A DNA stretch of 64,000 bases from an uncultured Planctomycetota bacterium. Lineage in GTDB: Bacteria > Planctomycetota > Planctomycetia > Isosphaerales > Isosphaeraceae. The DNA is taken from NCBI GenBank assembly GCA_963845755.1, contig CAWJTV010000047.1, positions 96,001-160,000 on the forward strand, in the 5' to 3' direction. The notes under the pieces are model-generated. The model saw nothing but the letters and a program-made list of their open reading frames with translations, did not search any database and was not told the DNA's origin. Shown here in pieces: positions 53,863 to 63,362 of this stretch. Every line of letters begins with the position of its first letter. Position 1 is the stretch's first letter. A program made the translations under genes and the position numbers.

Positions 53863-54340
53863 ATGAAGCTACCTCGAATTACGATCCCGGCCGTCCTGGT
53901 CCTGGCCATCGCGCTGTCGGTACTCGGCGATGGCTGCAGCCAGGGCGAGCCCGAAGTTGACAAGTCCGCCGAGTACACCCCCGAGTCGCTCGCACAGGAA
54001 CTGGCGTTTCGATTCAGCGGCCTCAGCCCCGAATCGAAGAAGTTGAACTCGCAGACCGCTCCGCCGATCGAAGTCCGACAAGAGCGTCGCCGACCTCGAG
54101 CGCAGCGAGAAGTCCAACAAGAAAAGTCAGAGCGCCCCGTTGGCCAAGGAACGCTCCGGGCCTCCGACCGTTGACGACCTGCTGGACGATGTCGGCTCCA
54201 AGTTGGACAAGATCAAGGCAACGCCCCGTGCCGAGTCGTACAAGAACCTCATCGAGGCGATTTCGAAAGACAGCTCCCTCAACGACTCGGACAGGAAGTT
54301 CCTCGCGGAGAAGCTCAAGGAGCAGAGCGAGGCGCCGTGA
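53863..54340 (+). CDS. Putative lipoprotein; apparent frameshift near 54055
   Basis: Hydrophobic N-terminus ending in GC; continues into ORF 54140..54340. Confidence 0.55.
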
Positions 54341-54365
54341 AATCTCGAGGCATCTCGATCGACGG

Positions 54366-55420
54366 TCAGGGCGCCCCGAGTTCGGCGATCAAACGGCGAT
54401 AGACTTCGAACGCCGGCTTGGGCGTGTAGTCGTCGCGGAGGACGCCGAACTGGTAGAAGATGTCCGGATTCGAGCTGTCGGCATCGCGCAGATCGAATAA
54501 GTGATAGTGCGTGATGTGATAAGTTCCTCGATAGGTGTGAATCGTCCGGATGATGGTCTCGATCGCTGCGGCCTGCCGCTCGTAGGAGCGATCGGGGCTG
54601 GTCGGCCAGCCGTTCTCGGCGATATGGAGGGGCACCGACGCCGGGATGCCGGCGGCGGGCATCCACGTCTCGCGGATCGCCCGCAAGATGAACACGACCA
54701 TCCGGCGCAGGTCTCCCGGCTGACCGTCGGCCGCCGCGGGCCGGAACACGTCGGGGAAGAAGTCCAGGCCGACGTAGTCGAGAGCCTCCACGAACGGCTC
54801 TCGACCCAGCTCGCCGATCGTGCGCGCAGAAATCGTTGGCGGGATCGAAGGACGGGACCGCGTTGAAGCCGACCTTGAGATGGTCATAGCCGAGTCGCCT
54901 GGCCTCGTCCTTCGCGGCCAGCACGCCGTTGACCAGCGCCGTGCGGCACGTTTGGAAACGTGCCGTCGATCACCGGCGGTCCGTCCGTGAAGTTGGCCTC
55001 CTCGGTGACCTGTACGCTCTCCGCGAACTTTCCCAGCCGGCGGACTTGCCATCGGACGAAATCCAGATAGGCCTCAACATCGCCGCTCGCTGACTGGTAT
55101 TGCAGGACCACGTTGAGACGGCGTCCGTCGCGGGCATACTGCTCGACGTCCTGGGGGGTCGGGCTGCTGAGCGGCCTCGCGGACGACGCGTCATGAAACG
55201 GGATATAGCCCCGTACGATCAACGGTCCCCGATCGCCCTGAAGCTCGCTCAACGCGGCCTGGATCCGCGCGGGATCGTCGGGCGGCCCGACGAGGATCAC
55301 CGGGGAATCCGACCCGGTGGCGCTCCCCGGGTAGATCCCGAAGATCAATCGCGGAGCGGAATCGGATTGCGAGTCGGGCATATCATTCATAGGCGATGAT
55401 GATTGCGAGCCATCGCTCAT
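54366..55420 (-). CDS. Hypothetical protein, possibly glycoside-hydrolase-like TIM barrel; apparent frameshifts near 54945 and 54820
   Basis: Joined frames give VTEEAN, DYVGLDFFPD, IAENGW, FDLRDA, FGVLRDDYTPKPAF. Confidence 0.6.
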
Positions 55421-55439
55421 CGATACCTCCTGGCCTGGG

Positions 55440-56138
55440 TCACGACTTCTTCGGATTCCTGCGACCGCGAGGCGGACTGCCGGAATTCGCGCGATCGGCT
55501 GCGGGTTTCCGGCTCGCCCGCTTCGGGCTCGCTCGAGGTGATGGGGACTCCGGAGTGTGAACCGCCTCCCCGATCTCCGACCTGGCTTGGCTCGACGGCT
55601 CCGGGAGCGAGGGTAGGACCGGCTCGAATTCGTCGTGCCAGCGGAGTTCCGCCTCGAGCTGCATGGCCCTTCGGCGGAACAGGGACACGTCGATCGGTCC
55701 GATGGCACCCCTGGCCTCGAGGTGGGTGCATTCCGCCTTGACCCCTTCCAGGGCGTTCGCGAGCGCCTGCCGCCGTGCGCGCAGGAGACCGATCAGTTCG
55801 GTCCGGTCCCAGGTGCGGCCGAACAGGAGTGCCACACCGAATGCGTCTGGACCGAAATGCAACTCGCGGATCGCGCGTTCCCGGAGAATGCGAAGCTCCC
55901 GGCGGCCCTCGTCGCTGATCTGGTAGACCGTCCGGGCCGGTCGCCGCCCCACCTGCTCGGTGCGCAACGGCTCGACCAGGCCCTCACCCTCCATCTCGCG
56001 GAGTTCCCGATACAGCGCGCCCACGCTCACCCCGCCCCAGTTGCCGACGTTCGTCTGCTCCGCATCCCGCCGGATCTGGTGGCCGTGGCGCGGGCCGTGC
56101 GCGAGCAAGCCGAGCACCATCAGTCGTGATAGATTCAT
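55440..56138 (-). CDS. PadR family transcriptional regulator
   Basis: VLGLLAHGPRHGHQI, GALYRELREME.EGLV, RTVYQISDEG. Confidence 0.9.
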   Translation of the reverse strand: MNLSRLMVLGLLAHGPRHGHQIRRDAEQTNVGNWGGVSVGALYRELREMEGEGLVEPLRTEQVGRRPARTVYQISDEGRRELRILRERAIRELHFGPDAFGVALLFGRTWDRTELIGLLRARRQALANALEGVKAECTHLEARGAIGPIDVSLFRRRAMQLEAELRWHDEFEPVLPSLPEPSSQARSEIGEAVHTPESPSPRASPKRASRKPAADRANSGSPPRGRRNPKKS

Positions 56139-56173
56139 AGAATTAGTATCAGGAGACTAATCGCGATTGTCAA
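56139..56173 (-). promoter_or_regulatory. Sigma70-like promoter (TTGACA-17-GATACT) for a leaderless padR mRNA, overlapped by a palindrome
   Basis: -35 at 56173-56168, -10 at 56150-56145, ATG at 56138; palindrome ATTAGTATCAGGAGACTAAT 56142-56161. Confidence 0.6.
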
Positions 56174-56540
56174 GTCGTGGCAACCGATTCGCAGGAATCA
56201 CTGGTTGTTCCCAAGGATAACGATGCTGAAACGGAACGAGGATGGCGTACGGTATTCGCATACACCGCAATCCTGTGTGGTCCGCTGCTTGGAGCCTGCC
56301 TGGTGGGATTAGTCGACTCATCTCGACCGGGTGAATTCGGCGGATGCTCGAGATACGTATCGCGTGTACATATCCCTCGCGACGATGGCCGGATCCTTGA
56401 CCGGATGTGCCTTCGCGGTGACAACCCTGTTCTCGCCGCGAGCCGACGGCAAGAACCTTCCGCAGGGGAAGTTGACCGAGTCTTGGGGTGCGCTCCAGGG
56501 CACGCGATGCTCGATCACCCGGACGATCCCAGGTGCGACC

Positions 56541-57914
56541 TCACGGAGGAGGATTATCGATCGTCAGGGGAGGTTGACCCAGGCGTTTTTCATCAGACCA
56601 GTGCGGCACGTCGATGTACTCGATCTCTGTCCGCTGCACATGGTTCGCCACGTCCTGGGCCGAGTTGATTCGCTCTCCATCGATCTTCACGATCATGTCG
56701 CCCGACTCCAGGCCAACGAAACTCAGCGGGGAGTTCGGCGGCACCATCCGGGTGAGCCGAGCGCCGAACTGCTTCCCGAACGGGATCAGATGGAAGGACA
56801 TGGCGAAGTTCTGGGCGTAGAGCTCCTTCGGGACTTCGGGAGGATACGGAGTGTACTCGGGCAGGAAGGCCGTGTTGGTCAACAGCCGTCCATCCCGGTA
56901 GAACTCGACTTTGGTATCCAGATGGTGACTGTAAACGTCGATAGGACCCCAGATGGGCTGGTCGTCGAGTGTGTCGAGGATGTCTCCGGCTTTGAGACCG
57001 ACACGGCCGGCCGGCGTGCTCGGCTCCGGATCTCGGGTCAGCCTGGCTGAGAATTTTCTGAAGTTCACTGAGACGATCGTGAAGTTAAGTCCGAAGTTCG
57101 CCGCATAGTGATCGGGCTCGACTTCGCGAGGGGCGGTACCGAGCGAGAATGCATAAGGACGCTGGGCCTTCTGAGACCGTTCGTAGGTCGCCTCGGCGAG
57201 CCTCGGGAAGAATTCTCTCCACGAGACAAAGCCATCTTTATTGGCGTCGTAGGCTTCGAAGCTCGATTCGGACTCGATGAGGTTCTCGAGGATGTACGAG
57301 AACAATGCGCCGTCCTTGCCAACGGCAGCCCGCTCGCCGTAGCTGCACGAGTTGAAATCTACAAGTCCGGCGTGGTCCAGCAGGAGATTCTCGAGCAAGT
57401 TCCTGTTGGGCACCTTCTCGCCGAGCGCGAGCCCAAAAATGGGGAAAGGCACGAATTTGGGAGGAGCCCTTTCCGGGGCACAGCACTCCGTCATGACCAG
57501 GGTCAGTTTCGGCCGGACCCGTGAGGCACTCAGCAAGGTATTCCGGATCTCGTCCCGAGAGAACTTACCGACGGACGTATCCAGAATGTGAACACCCTGT
57601 CGGGATTCCCCGTGGCCCACATAGTAGAAAAGCAATGTGTCATTGCCATCGATCGGAAACGCGGAGACGCACCGCTGGATCTCTGCCAGCCCGATCCTCT
57701 CCCCGGGTATGTAAGCCGGCGTTGCGCAGGGAAGACCGCGTTGGTGGAATACCTTGATCATGGAGAGGAAGTTCTCTCCGCAGGTCCTCGCCTCGGCCTC
57801 CACCCCCTCCGCATTCGTATCACACATCACCAACGTGTAGACCGTTCGATCGGCAAACGCCGCGTCGCCGATTGCAAGCATCAGTATGCCGAGAACGAGA
57901 ACCGGTTTCCACAT
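56541..57914 (-). CDS. Secreted caspase-like (peptidase C14 fold) protein with two PDZ-like repeats
   Basis: Signal peptide MWKPVLVLGILMLAIGDAAFA; LLFYYVGHG and VMTECC dyad motifs; GLKAGDIL and GLESGDMI repeats. Confidence 0.68.
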   Translation of the reverse strand: MWKPVLVLGILMLAIGDAAFADRTVYTLVMCDTNAEGVEAEARTCGENFLSMIKVFHQRGLPCATPAYIPGERIGLAEIQRCVSAFPIDGNDTLLFYYVGHGESRQGVHILDTSVGKFSRDEIRNTLLSASRVRPKLTLVMTECCAPERAPPKFVPFPIFGLALGEKVPNRNLLENLLLDHAGLVDFNSCSYGERAAVGKDGALFSYILENLIESESSFEAYDANKDGFVSWREFFPRLAEATYERSQKAQRPYAFSLGTAPREVEPDHYAANFGLNFTIVSVNFRKFSARLTRDPEPSTPAGRVGLKAGDILDTLDDQPIWGPIDVYSHHLDTKVEFYRDGRLLTNTAFLPEYTPYPPEVPKELYAQNFAMSFHLIPFGKQFGARLTRMVPPNSPLSFVGLESGDMIVKIDGERINSAQDVANHVQRTEIEYIDVPHWSDEKRLGQPPLTIDNPPP

Positions 57915-58579
57915 AGCATATCCTCGACGTGTTCGCTTCGCGGAACCTGTTCGCAGCAACTCAAATGTAGAAGCCGGGAATCGGGGTTTGCAAGCGGAAT
58001 CTTCAGTGCGTGCGCCGAATCCATCCAACTGCGGTTGACGCGCCTCACCGCAGGAGCGTCCCGGAAGGTCGTGACGCACCTTCCCATCAGAATCCCGCGA
58101 AGTTCCCGTTCGGTGCGCTGCGGCTCCGATCACGTCTGGAACTCAGTATGTCATCCCATCGTGCTCGCATAAGTCGATTGTCACAAGGCAGTTGGCTCTT
58201 GGCAGAATTGCGAGCTTAAGTGAGGCTCGAACGGATATGACCCGTCCAAATATCGACGACAGGTCAGCTCAGCCCCTTGCAATCGGCGACGAAGTCCATG
58301 CCAGCGATCGTGGCTGTGTTCTCGTCAAACTTCAAGAGACTAAGGATTTCGAGGCAGCTCCTCGATAACTCCTGCTCTCTCACGAAAACGTCCGCAGCCC
58401 TGCAAGTGGCTTGACATCGACAGTCAACATCGAGAAAATCTGCCTAGTCCTCTGAAGCTCACCATTTTTCCCAGAGGTCGCAGTCGACGATCTTGTATAC
58501 TGGAGCAGACCTGACACGGACTGGTGCGTTTCCAGCGTCTGTTGTTGGGTTGACAGTCTCTTCTCGGGAGAAGGCACCT

Positions 58580-59305
58580 ATGAACGTCTGCCGCTTGTCG
58601 GGTCTGGCCGCCATCGCCGTGGTGGCTCATGCCCTGACCACCTCTGCGATTGCGCAAGCTCCCTCAAGGTCCCCGCAAGGGGAAGTCGGCCAGGTCCTCC
58701 AGGAGACCGGAGTCACGCCGGCCCAGCAGCCCGGCGTCACGCCGGCCCAGCAGCCCGGAGTCGCCCCGGTCCAGCAGCCCGGAGTCGCCCCGGCCCAACA
58801 GCGCGGAGTAGGCCCGACCAAGGTTACCCCCCAGTCACAGTACCCGACCAAGGTTACCCCCCCGTCACAGCACCCGACCAAGGTCATGCCGTCCCCGCAT
58901 GCTCCGAGCAAGGTGACGCCGGTCGCGCAGCATCCGACGTATGGACAGCCGGGCGTCGGCCCGTCGAAGCAGCAACCGGTCGTCGGACAGCCGGGCGTCG
59001 GCCCGTCGAAGCAACAGCCGGTCGTCGGACAGCCGGGCGTTGGCCCGTCGAAACAGCAACCGGTCGTCGGACAGCCGGGCGTTGGCCCGTCGAAGCAGCA
59101 GCCAGTTGTGGGTCAGCCGGGCGTCGGCCCGTCGAAGCAGCAGCCGGCTTACGGACAGCCGGGTGTCGGGCCGTCCAAGGTAACTCCTCAGTCGCAGTAT
59201 CCGGGCAAGGCCATGCCGGCCTCCCAGACCCAGCCGGGAGAGCCAGTCAAGTCCATGGAACCTCCGATCGCACCGCAGACAACCCCGGGTGCGAAGAAGG
59301 CTTGA
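58580..59305 (+). CDS. Secreted Pro/Gln/Val-rich tandem-repeat protein
   Basis: GGAG upstream, signal peptide, repeats with synonymous third-position variation, terminator downstream. Confidence 0.78.
   Translation: MNVCRLSGLAAIAVVAHALTTSAIAQAPSRSPQGEVGQVLQETGVTPAQQPGVTPAQQPGVAPVQQPGVAPAQQRGVGPTKVTPQSQYPTKVTPPSQHPTKVMPSPHAPSKVTPVAQHPTYGQPGVGPSKQQPVVGQPGVGPSKQQPVVGQPGVGPSKQQPVVGQPGVGPSKQQPVVGQPGVGPSKQQPAYGQPGVGPSKVTPQSQYPGKAMPASQTQPGEPVKSMEPPIAPQTTPGAKKA
58943..59178 (+). repeat. 42-bp coding tandem repeat (GQPGVGPSKQQPVV) x5 plus a partial copy
   Basis: Units start at 58943, 58985, 59027, 59069, 59111, 59153. Confidence 0.9.
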
Positions 59306-59339
59306 TCTGGCCTGAAGATGGATCATCGCAGAGTCACGA

Positions 59340-59372
59340 GACCCCGGTCACTGAACGACCGGGGTTTTCTTG
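59340..59372 (+). terminator. Intrinsic terminator
   Basis: ACCCCGGTC-ACTGAAC-GACCGGGGT followed by TTTCTT, ~35 bp after the stop. Confidence 0.7.
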
Positions 59373-59829
59373 TTCCCGCTGGAGCCGAAGACCCTCGCGA
59401 CGACATGCGATCGCCTGGCCGGAGCGGAGATGCCTCCAGGTTGAAGACGAGCGCGACCTAAGAAGAGGCTTTCCTCTCGTTCGCGGGCCAGTTCACCGGT
59501 CGTGAGGAGGCCGAGAAGGATCCGAAGTTGATCCTTGAGGGCGACGGGTCCATCGTGTCCCTTAGTACAACGTCGCCCCGTGTGTGGGAGAGGAAGGATC
59601 CGTCTACGTTGACGGCGGATGGGCTCATCTGTCAGTTCGAGTCATCTCCGCGTCGCTCGAACCCCCGTAAGAGAGGTCCGGGCGATCGCGTCTCGTGAAG
59701 CAATTTCCGCGGCTTTCCGTGTCGCAAGACCCGTTGGGCGACCCTCCGTAAGCGACTTGCCTGTGCGAATTCCCTCTCAACGGATCCGGCCGACCCTCAT
59801 GCCGGGATGATCCCGGCATGAGGCGTGGC

Positions 59830-61017
59830 TCAATGGCCGGCTTGAGGAGTCGGTTGCGGTCCGGCAACGGCCAGGGATGCCGCCGGAACCATGACCTGCC
59901 GGGTCACGGCAACCTGGTGAGCGACGGGACGCGTCTGCGTCGTCATGGTCGTCACGGGGACCTGGTACGGGACGCAGACCTGCACCTGGCGGGTGACCGT
60001 TTCCGTGACCGGGCGGCAACGCACGGTCGGAACGACGATGGTTTTCTGCTCGGGGACCATCCGCGTGATGGTCACGGGGATCGTCTCGGTGATCGGCTTG
60101 GGCCGGATTTCCGTCACGGTCACATCGTAGGGCTTCATATCGATTGTGGTCACGCACTGAACGATGGTGAACGGAATCTTCTCGGTCTTCACCTCACAGA
60201 CCTGGATGGTCTCCTGGACCGGCGTGAAGGTGGTACGTTGGCGCGGGACCTTGATCGTCTCGGGTACGTGACGGACCACCTGCTTCGTGACCGCGACCTG
60301 TTGTTCGTAGCAGGTCGTGACCGGACGGTATCGCACGCAAGTCGTCGTCCCGCCGCATTGGCCACAACCCCCACCGCACTGGTGGCCGCACGGATGAGAG
60401 CAGGTCACGAACGGAACCATCGTCGTGACGGGCACCTTCTGCGTGACATAGCAGACCTGCGGCTCCACCACGGGGATCATCCGCGTCACAGGGACCATCT
60501 CGGTGACGCACTGCGGGATCATCCGCGTCACTTGCTTGGTCGCGATCACCGGCGTACAACGGGTCTGGTAGATGACCCTTTCCACGTTCTTCGTGACCGG
60601 GACCGGCTGGTAGCATTTCTTCACAACCTGGACCGGCTCGCAGACGATCCGCGTCACTCTCTGATTAATCCGCTCTTCCTTGGGGGTGCACACCGTCACC
60701 GTCCGTGTCTCATTGACCACCTCGGGGATCATCCGCGTCACAGGGACGTTCTCGGTGCGGCACTCCGTCCGATACAGCGTCTGCATATGCGTGACGGGCA
60801 CCTGGACACATTCGTACGACTGCACCGTTTCGTAGACGACCTGACATTGAGGCACCATCACCGTCGGTGCGTTCGCCTGCGCCGTGGCGACGGCCCCCGT
60901 CGGCGGTGTTGATTTTTGTTCGGCAGCCGTTTCTGACGTCCCGTAACTTGCCTGAAATTCGCCAACCACGCAGAATACGAACAGCGCAACCATACTGACC
61001 CATCTGATTCCCAGCAT
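59830..61017 (-). CDS. Secreted Val/Thr/Pro/Cys-rich repeat protein (YTV-like planctomycete envelope protein)
   Basis: Signal peptide; recurring VPVTRMIP-type units; central CSHPCGHQCGGGCGQCGG. Confidence 0.72.
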   Translation of the reverse strand: MLGIRWVSMVALFVFCVVGEFQASYGTSETAAEQKSTPPTGAVATAQANAPTVMVPQCQVVYETVQSYECVQVPVTHMQTLYRTECRTENVPVTRMIPEVVNETRTVTVCTPKEERINQRVTRIVCEPVQVVKKCYQPVPVTKNVERVIYQTRCTPVIATKQVTRMIPQCVTEMVPVTRMIPVVEPQVCYVTQKVPVTTMVPFVTCSHPCGHQCGGGCGQCGGTTTCVRYRPVTTCYEQQVAVTKQVVRHVPETIKVPRQRTTFTPVQETIQVCEVKTEKIPFTIVQCVTTIDMKPYDVTVTEIRPKPITETIPVTITRMVPEQKTIVVPTVRCRPVTETVTRQVQVCVPYQVPVTTMTTQTRPVAHQVAVTRQVMVPAASLAVAGPQPTPQAGH

Positions 61018-61420
61018 TTATCTCACCCCCTGGTGTCAATCTTTGCCTAAAGCCTGCAACCCAGTCCGCCCGCCTCGAGCCCGATTATAGCTTAGAACTA
61101 CTTGGTTGCCAGAGTCTACCCAATATTTCCAAGTTGACGTTCCAGGGTTGCGGGTTACGTCGATCAGGAGGTCTGCCGATCGGCCGTGGGCGACCGCGGC
61201 AGGACAGAGTGCCGTGGCCTGGCGAGAGGTCGGGGAGAGAGGCGAAACATCCTGGCTTCTCTCGGGTTGCGGACTCTGCCTGAGTTCAGTATCGTCAGGA
61301 GGACGAAGTCGCGGCCCCCTATCGCGTCCCCCCCTGATCACGGGTTGGGCCGGTCGATCGTCCGTTTTCTCCGCCGAGCTTGAGGAATCTCAACCACAGT
61401 CCATTGCGGAGCCAGTCATC

Positions 61421-62323
61421 TTGTCTATAGCCAAGGCGGAACGCGAACGCAGCCTCGCCGTCTTCATCGACCTGGAGAACCTGGCGATCGGCTTCCAGAA
61501 CCAGCGGAAGATCAAGTTCGAGATCCAGAAGGTGCTGGAGCGGCTCGTTGAGAAGGGAAAACTGATCGTCAAGAAAGCCTATGCGGATTGGAGTCGGTAT
61601 CCGAGCTATACGGCCCCGTTTCACGAGGCCGCCATCGAGTTGATCGAGATCCCCAAGCGATCGCAGACCGGCAAGAACTCGGCGGACATCCGCCTGGTGG
61701 TCAACGCAATCGACCTGGCCTGGAGCAAGCCCCATGTCAACACGTTCGTGATCGTATCGGGCGATTCCGACTTCTCGCCGCTGGTTTCCAAGCTCAAGGA
61801 GAACGGCAAGCACGTGATCGGGTTGGGTATGAAAGGCTCGACGTCCGACCTGCTGCGCGACAACTGCGACGAGTTCATCTATTACGAGGATCTCGAGCGT
61901 CAGGAGCAGAACGAGCAACAGTTGGTGACCGACCTGAACTCGTACCTGCCGCCGAACCTCCCGGAGAAGCAGCGGGAGGTCTTCAGCCTGTTCATCGAGG
62001 CGTGCCATGCGCTGCGTCGCGAGAACCATGAGCAGCTCTACGCATCGATGATCAAGGACACCATGAAACGGAAGAAGCCGTCCTTCGACGAGAGCTACTT
62101 CGGATATCGCAGTTTCACCCATCTCCTGGAAGAGGCGGATAATCTCGCGCTGGCGGATATCGAGCGGAATCCCAAGAGCGGTACGTACGTCGTGACCCGC
62201 TTTTGCGGCGAACCCGAGGCGAAGACCCCGGTAGGCGGGGCCGTGGCGACTCCCGGCTCGGTTCCGGCGGCCGATCACCCGCCTCGACGCAACCGAAAGG
62301 GCCTCGGCCGTCGCAGGCGCTGA
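61421..62323 (+). CDS. NYN (LabA/DUF88) domain protein with C-terminal OST-HTH/LOTUS
   Basis: VFIDLENL, KAYADW, GKNSADI, VSGDSDFSPL, CDEFIYY; FDESYFGYRSFTHLL. Confidence 0.9.
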   Translation: MSIAKAERERSLAVFIDLENLAIGFQNQRKIKFEIQKVLERLVEKGKLIVKKAYADWSRYPSYTAPFHEAAIELIEIPKRSQTGKNSADIRLVVNAIDLAWSKPHVNTFVIVSGDSDFSPLVSKLKENGKHVIGLGMKGSTSDLLRDNCDEFIYYEDLERQEQNEQQLVTDLNSYLPPNLPEKQREVFSLFIEACHALRRENHEQLYASMIKDTMKRKKPSFDESYFGYRSFTHLLEEADNLALADIERNPKSGTYVVTRFCGEPEAKTPVGGAVATPGSVPAADHPPRRNRKGLGRRRR

Positions 62324-62475
62324 CCGTTCCCGAGCCCGGCTCTCCCCGGCCCACGGCCGTCGCGATGACTCCTGAATCCACGTCCTCTACTCGACGCGGC
62401 ACCTGGGACGTATGATAAGAAAGTGCGTAACTATCAGGTCAGGATGCGAAAGCCGGCGGTACGGGGAGTACATCC

Positions 62476-63309
62476 ATGTTCCCATATCGAGTCGAGCGGA
62501 CCTTGGGACTCTGGGCGGTTTTGATGGCATGGAGCGCCGGAGCGGGGCTTCAGGCGGGCGAGACTCAGACCGGAGACGCGCTCGCAAAATTCGGCCTGAA
62601 ACAGGCTGGGACCGTGCTCGTCCTGGATGAAGAGTCGGAGGTGCACGAGAAGACCAAAGAGGTCCGTCGGCTGTCCCGGGAACTCAGCAATGCCGTGATG
62701 CTGCAACGCAGTACCCTGAGTGAGAAAGGCTATAAAGACACGATCAAGCAACTGGGCACGGAGAACAACCAGTTCAAGGCGGAGCTCAACGCCACGAATC
62801 AGACGATCTCCCGGCTCCCCAGGTACCGTGGTCGGTTCATGAACAACATGGTCGCGGAGCAAAACTATGAGCTGAACCTCTACAAGAATCAGCTCCAGTG
62901 GGAGATCAATCAGAGGAACGCCTTCCTGACGCGGCTCAAGAGCCAGCCGTTCGACCCCAAGGCGCGTCTCAAGCGCGACTACGAGGTGCGTGACAAGGGC
63001 GAAGCGCTGCACCAGGCCGGCCAGGACCTGCGCCAGGCCGTCGATGCGATCAAGCAGAAATACGAGGAGATCGGCAAGGATCCCGCATTCAAGAAGGCGC
63101 TGAGTCCCGTGGAGCGCAAAGCGGGCTCGCGGCTCAAATTGGGCCCTTCCCACCAGTTCCAGCTCGACGTCAAGCTGCTGGAGCGGCTCGAGGCACAAGA
63201 GTCGCCCGGCGACTCGACAGCCAAAGGAACACGGAAGACCCATCGGACCAGCAAGGAGCGACGATCGACCAAGGCGGCCGGCGACGCGGACTCGGGGACC
63301 CCGTTCTGA
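62476..63309 (+). CDS. Secreted coiled-coil hypothetical protein
   Basis: GGAG RBS, signal-like N-terminus, L.K.GTV.VL..ESEV then a long helical region. Confidence 0.7.
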   Translation: MFPYRVERTLGLWAVLMAWSAGAGLQAGETQTGDALAKFGLKQAGTVLVLDEESEVHEKTKEVRRLSRELSNAVMLQRSTLSEKGYKDTIKQLGTENNQFKAELNATNQTISRLPRYRGRFMNNMVAEQNYELNLYKNQLQWEINQRNAFLTRLKSQPFDPKARLKRDYEVRDKGEALHQAGQDLRQAVDAIKQKYEEIGKDPAFKKALSPVERKAGSRLKLGPSHQFQLDVKLLERLEAQESPGDSTAKGTRKTHRTSKERRSTKAAGDADSGTPF

Positions 63310-63362
63310 CGTCGCGATCGGTCCCGGACAACGGTGTCTCGACCTCGGGAGGAGATCTCACC

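Noticed and set aside
56177..56520. Possible small two-TM protein split by a frameshift near 56340
   Set aside because: Two hydrophobic stretches in different frames, but no clear RBS or stop before it overlaps the caspase-like gene; insufficient support.
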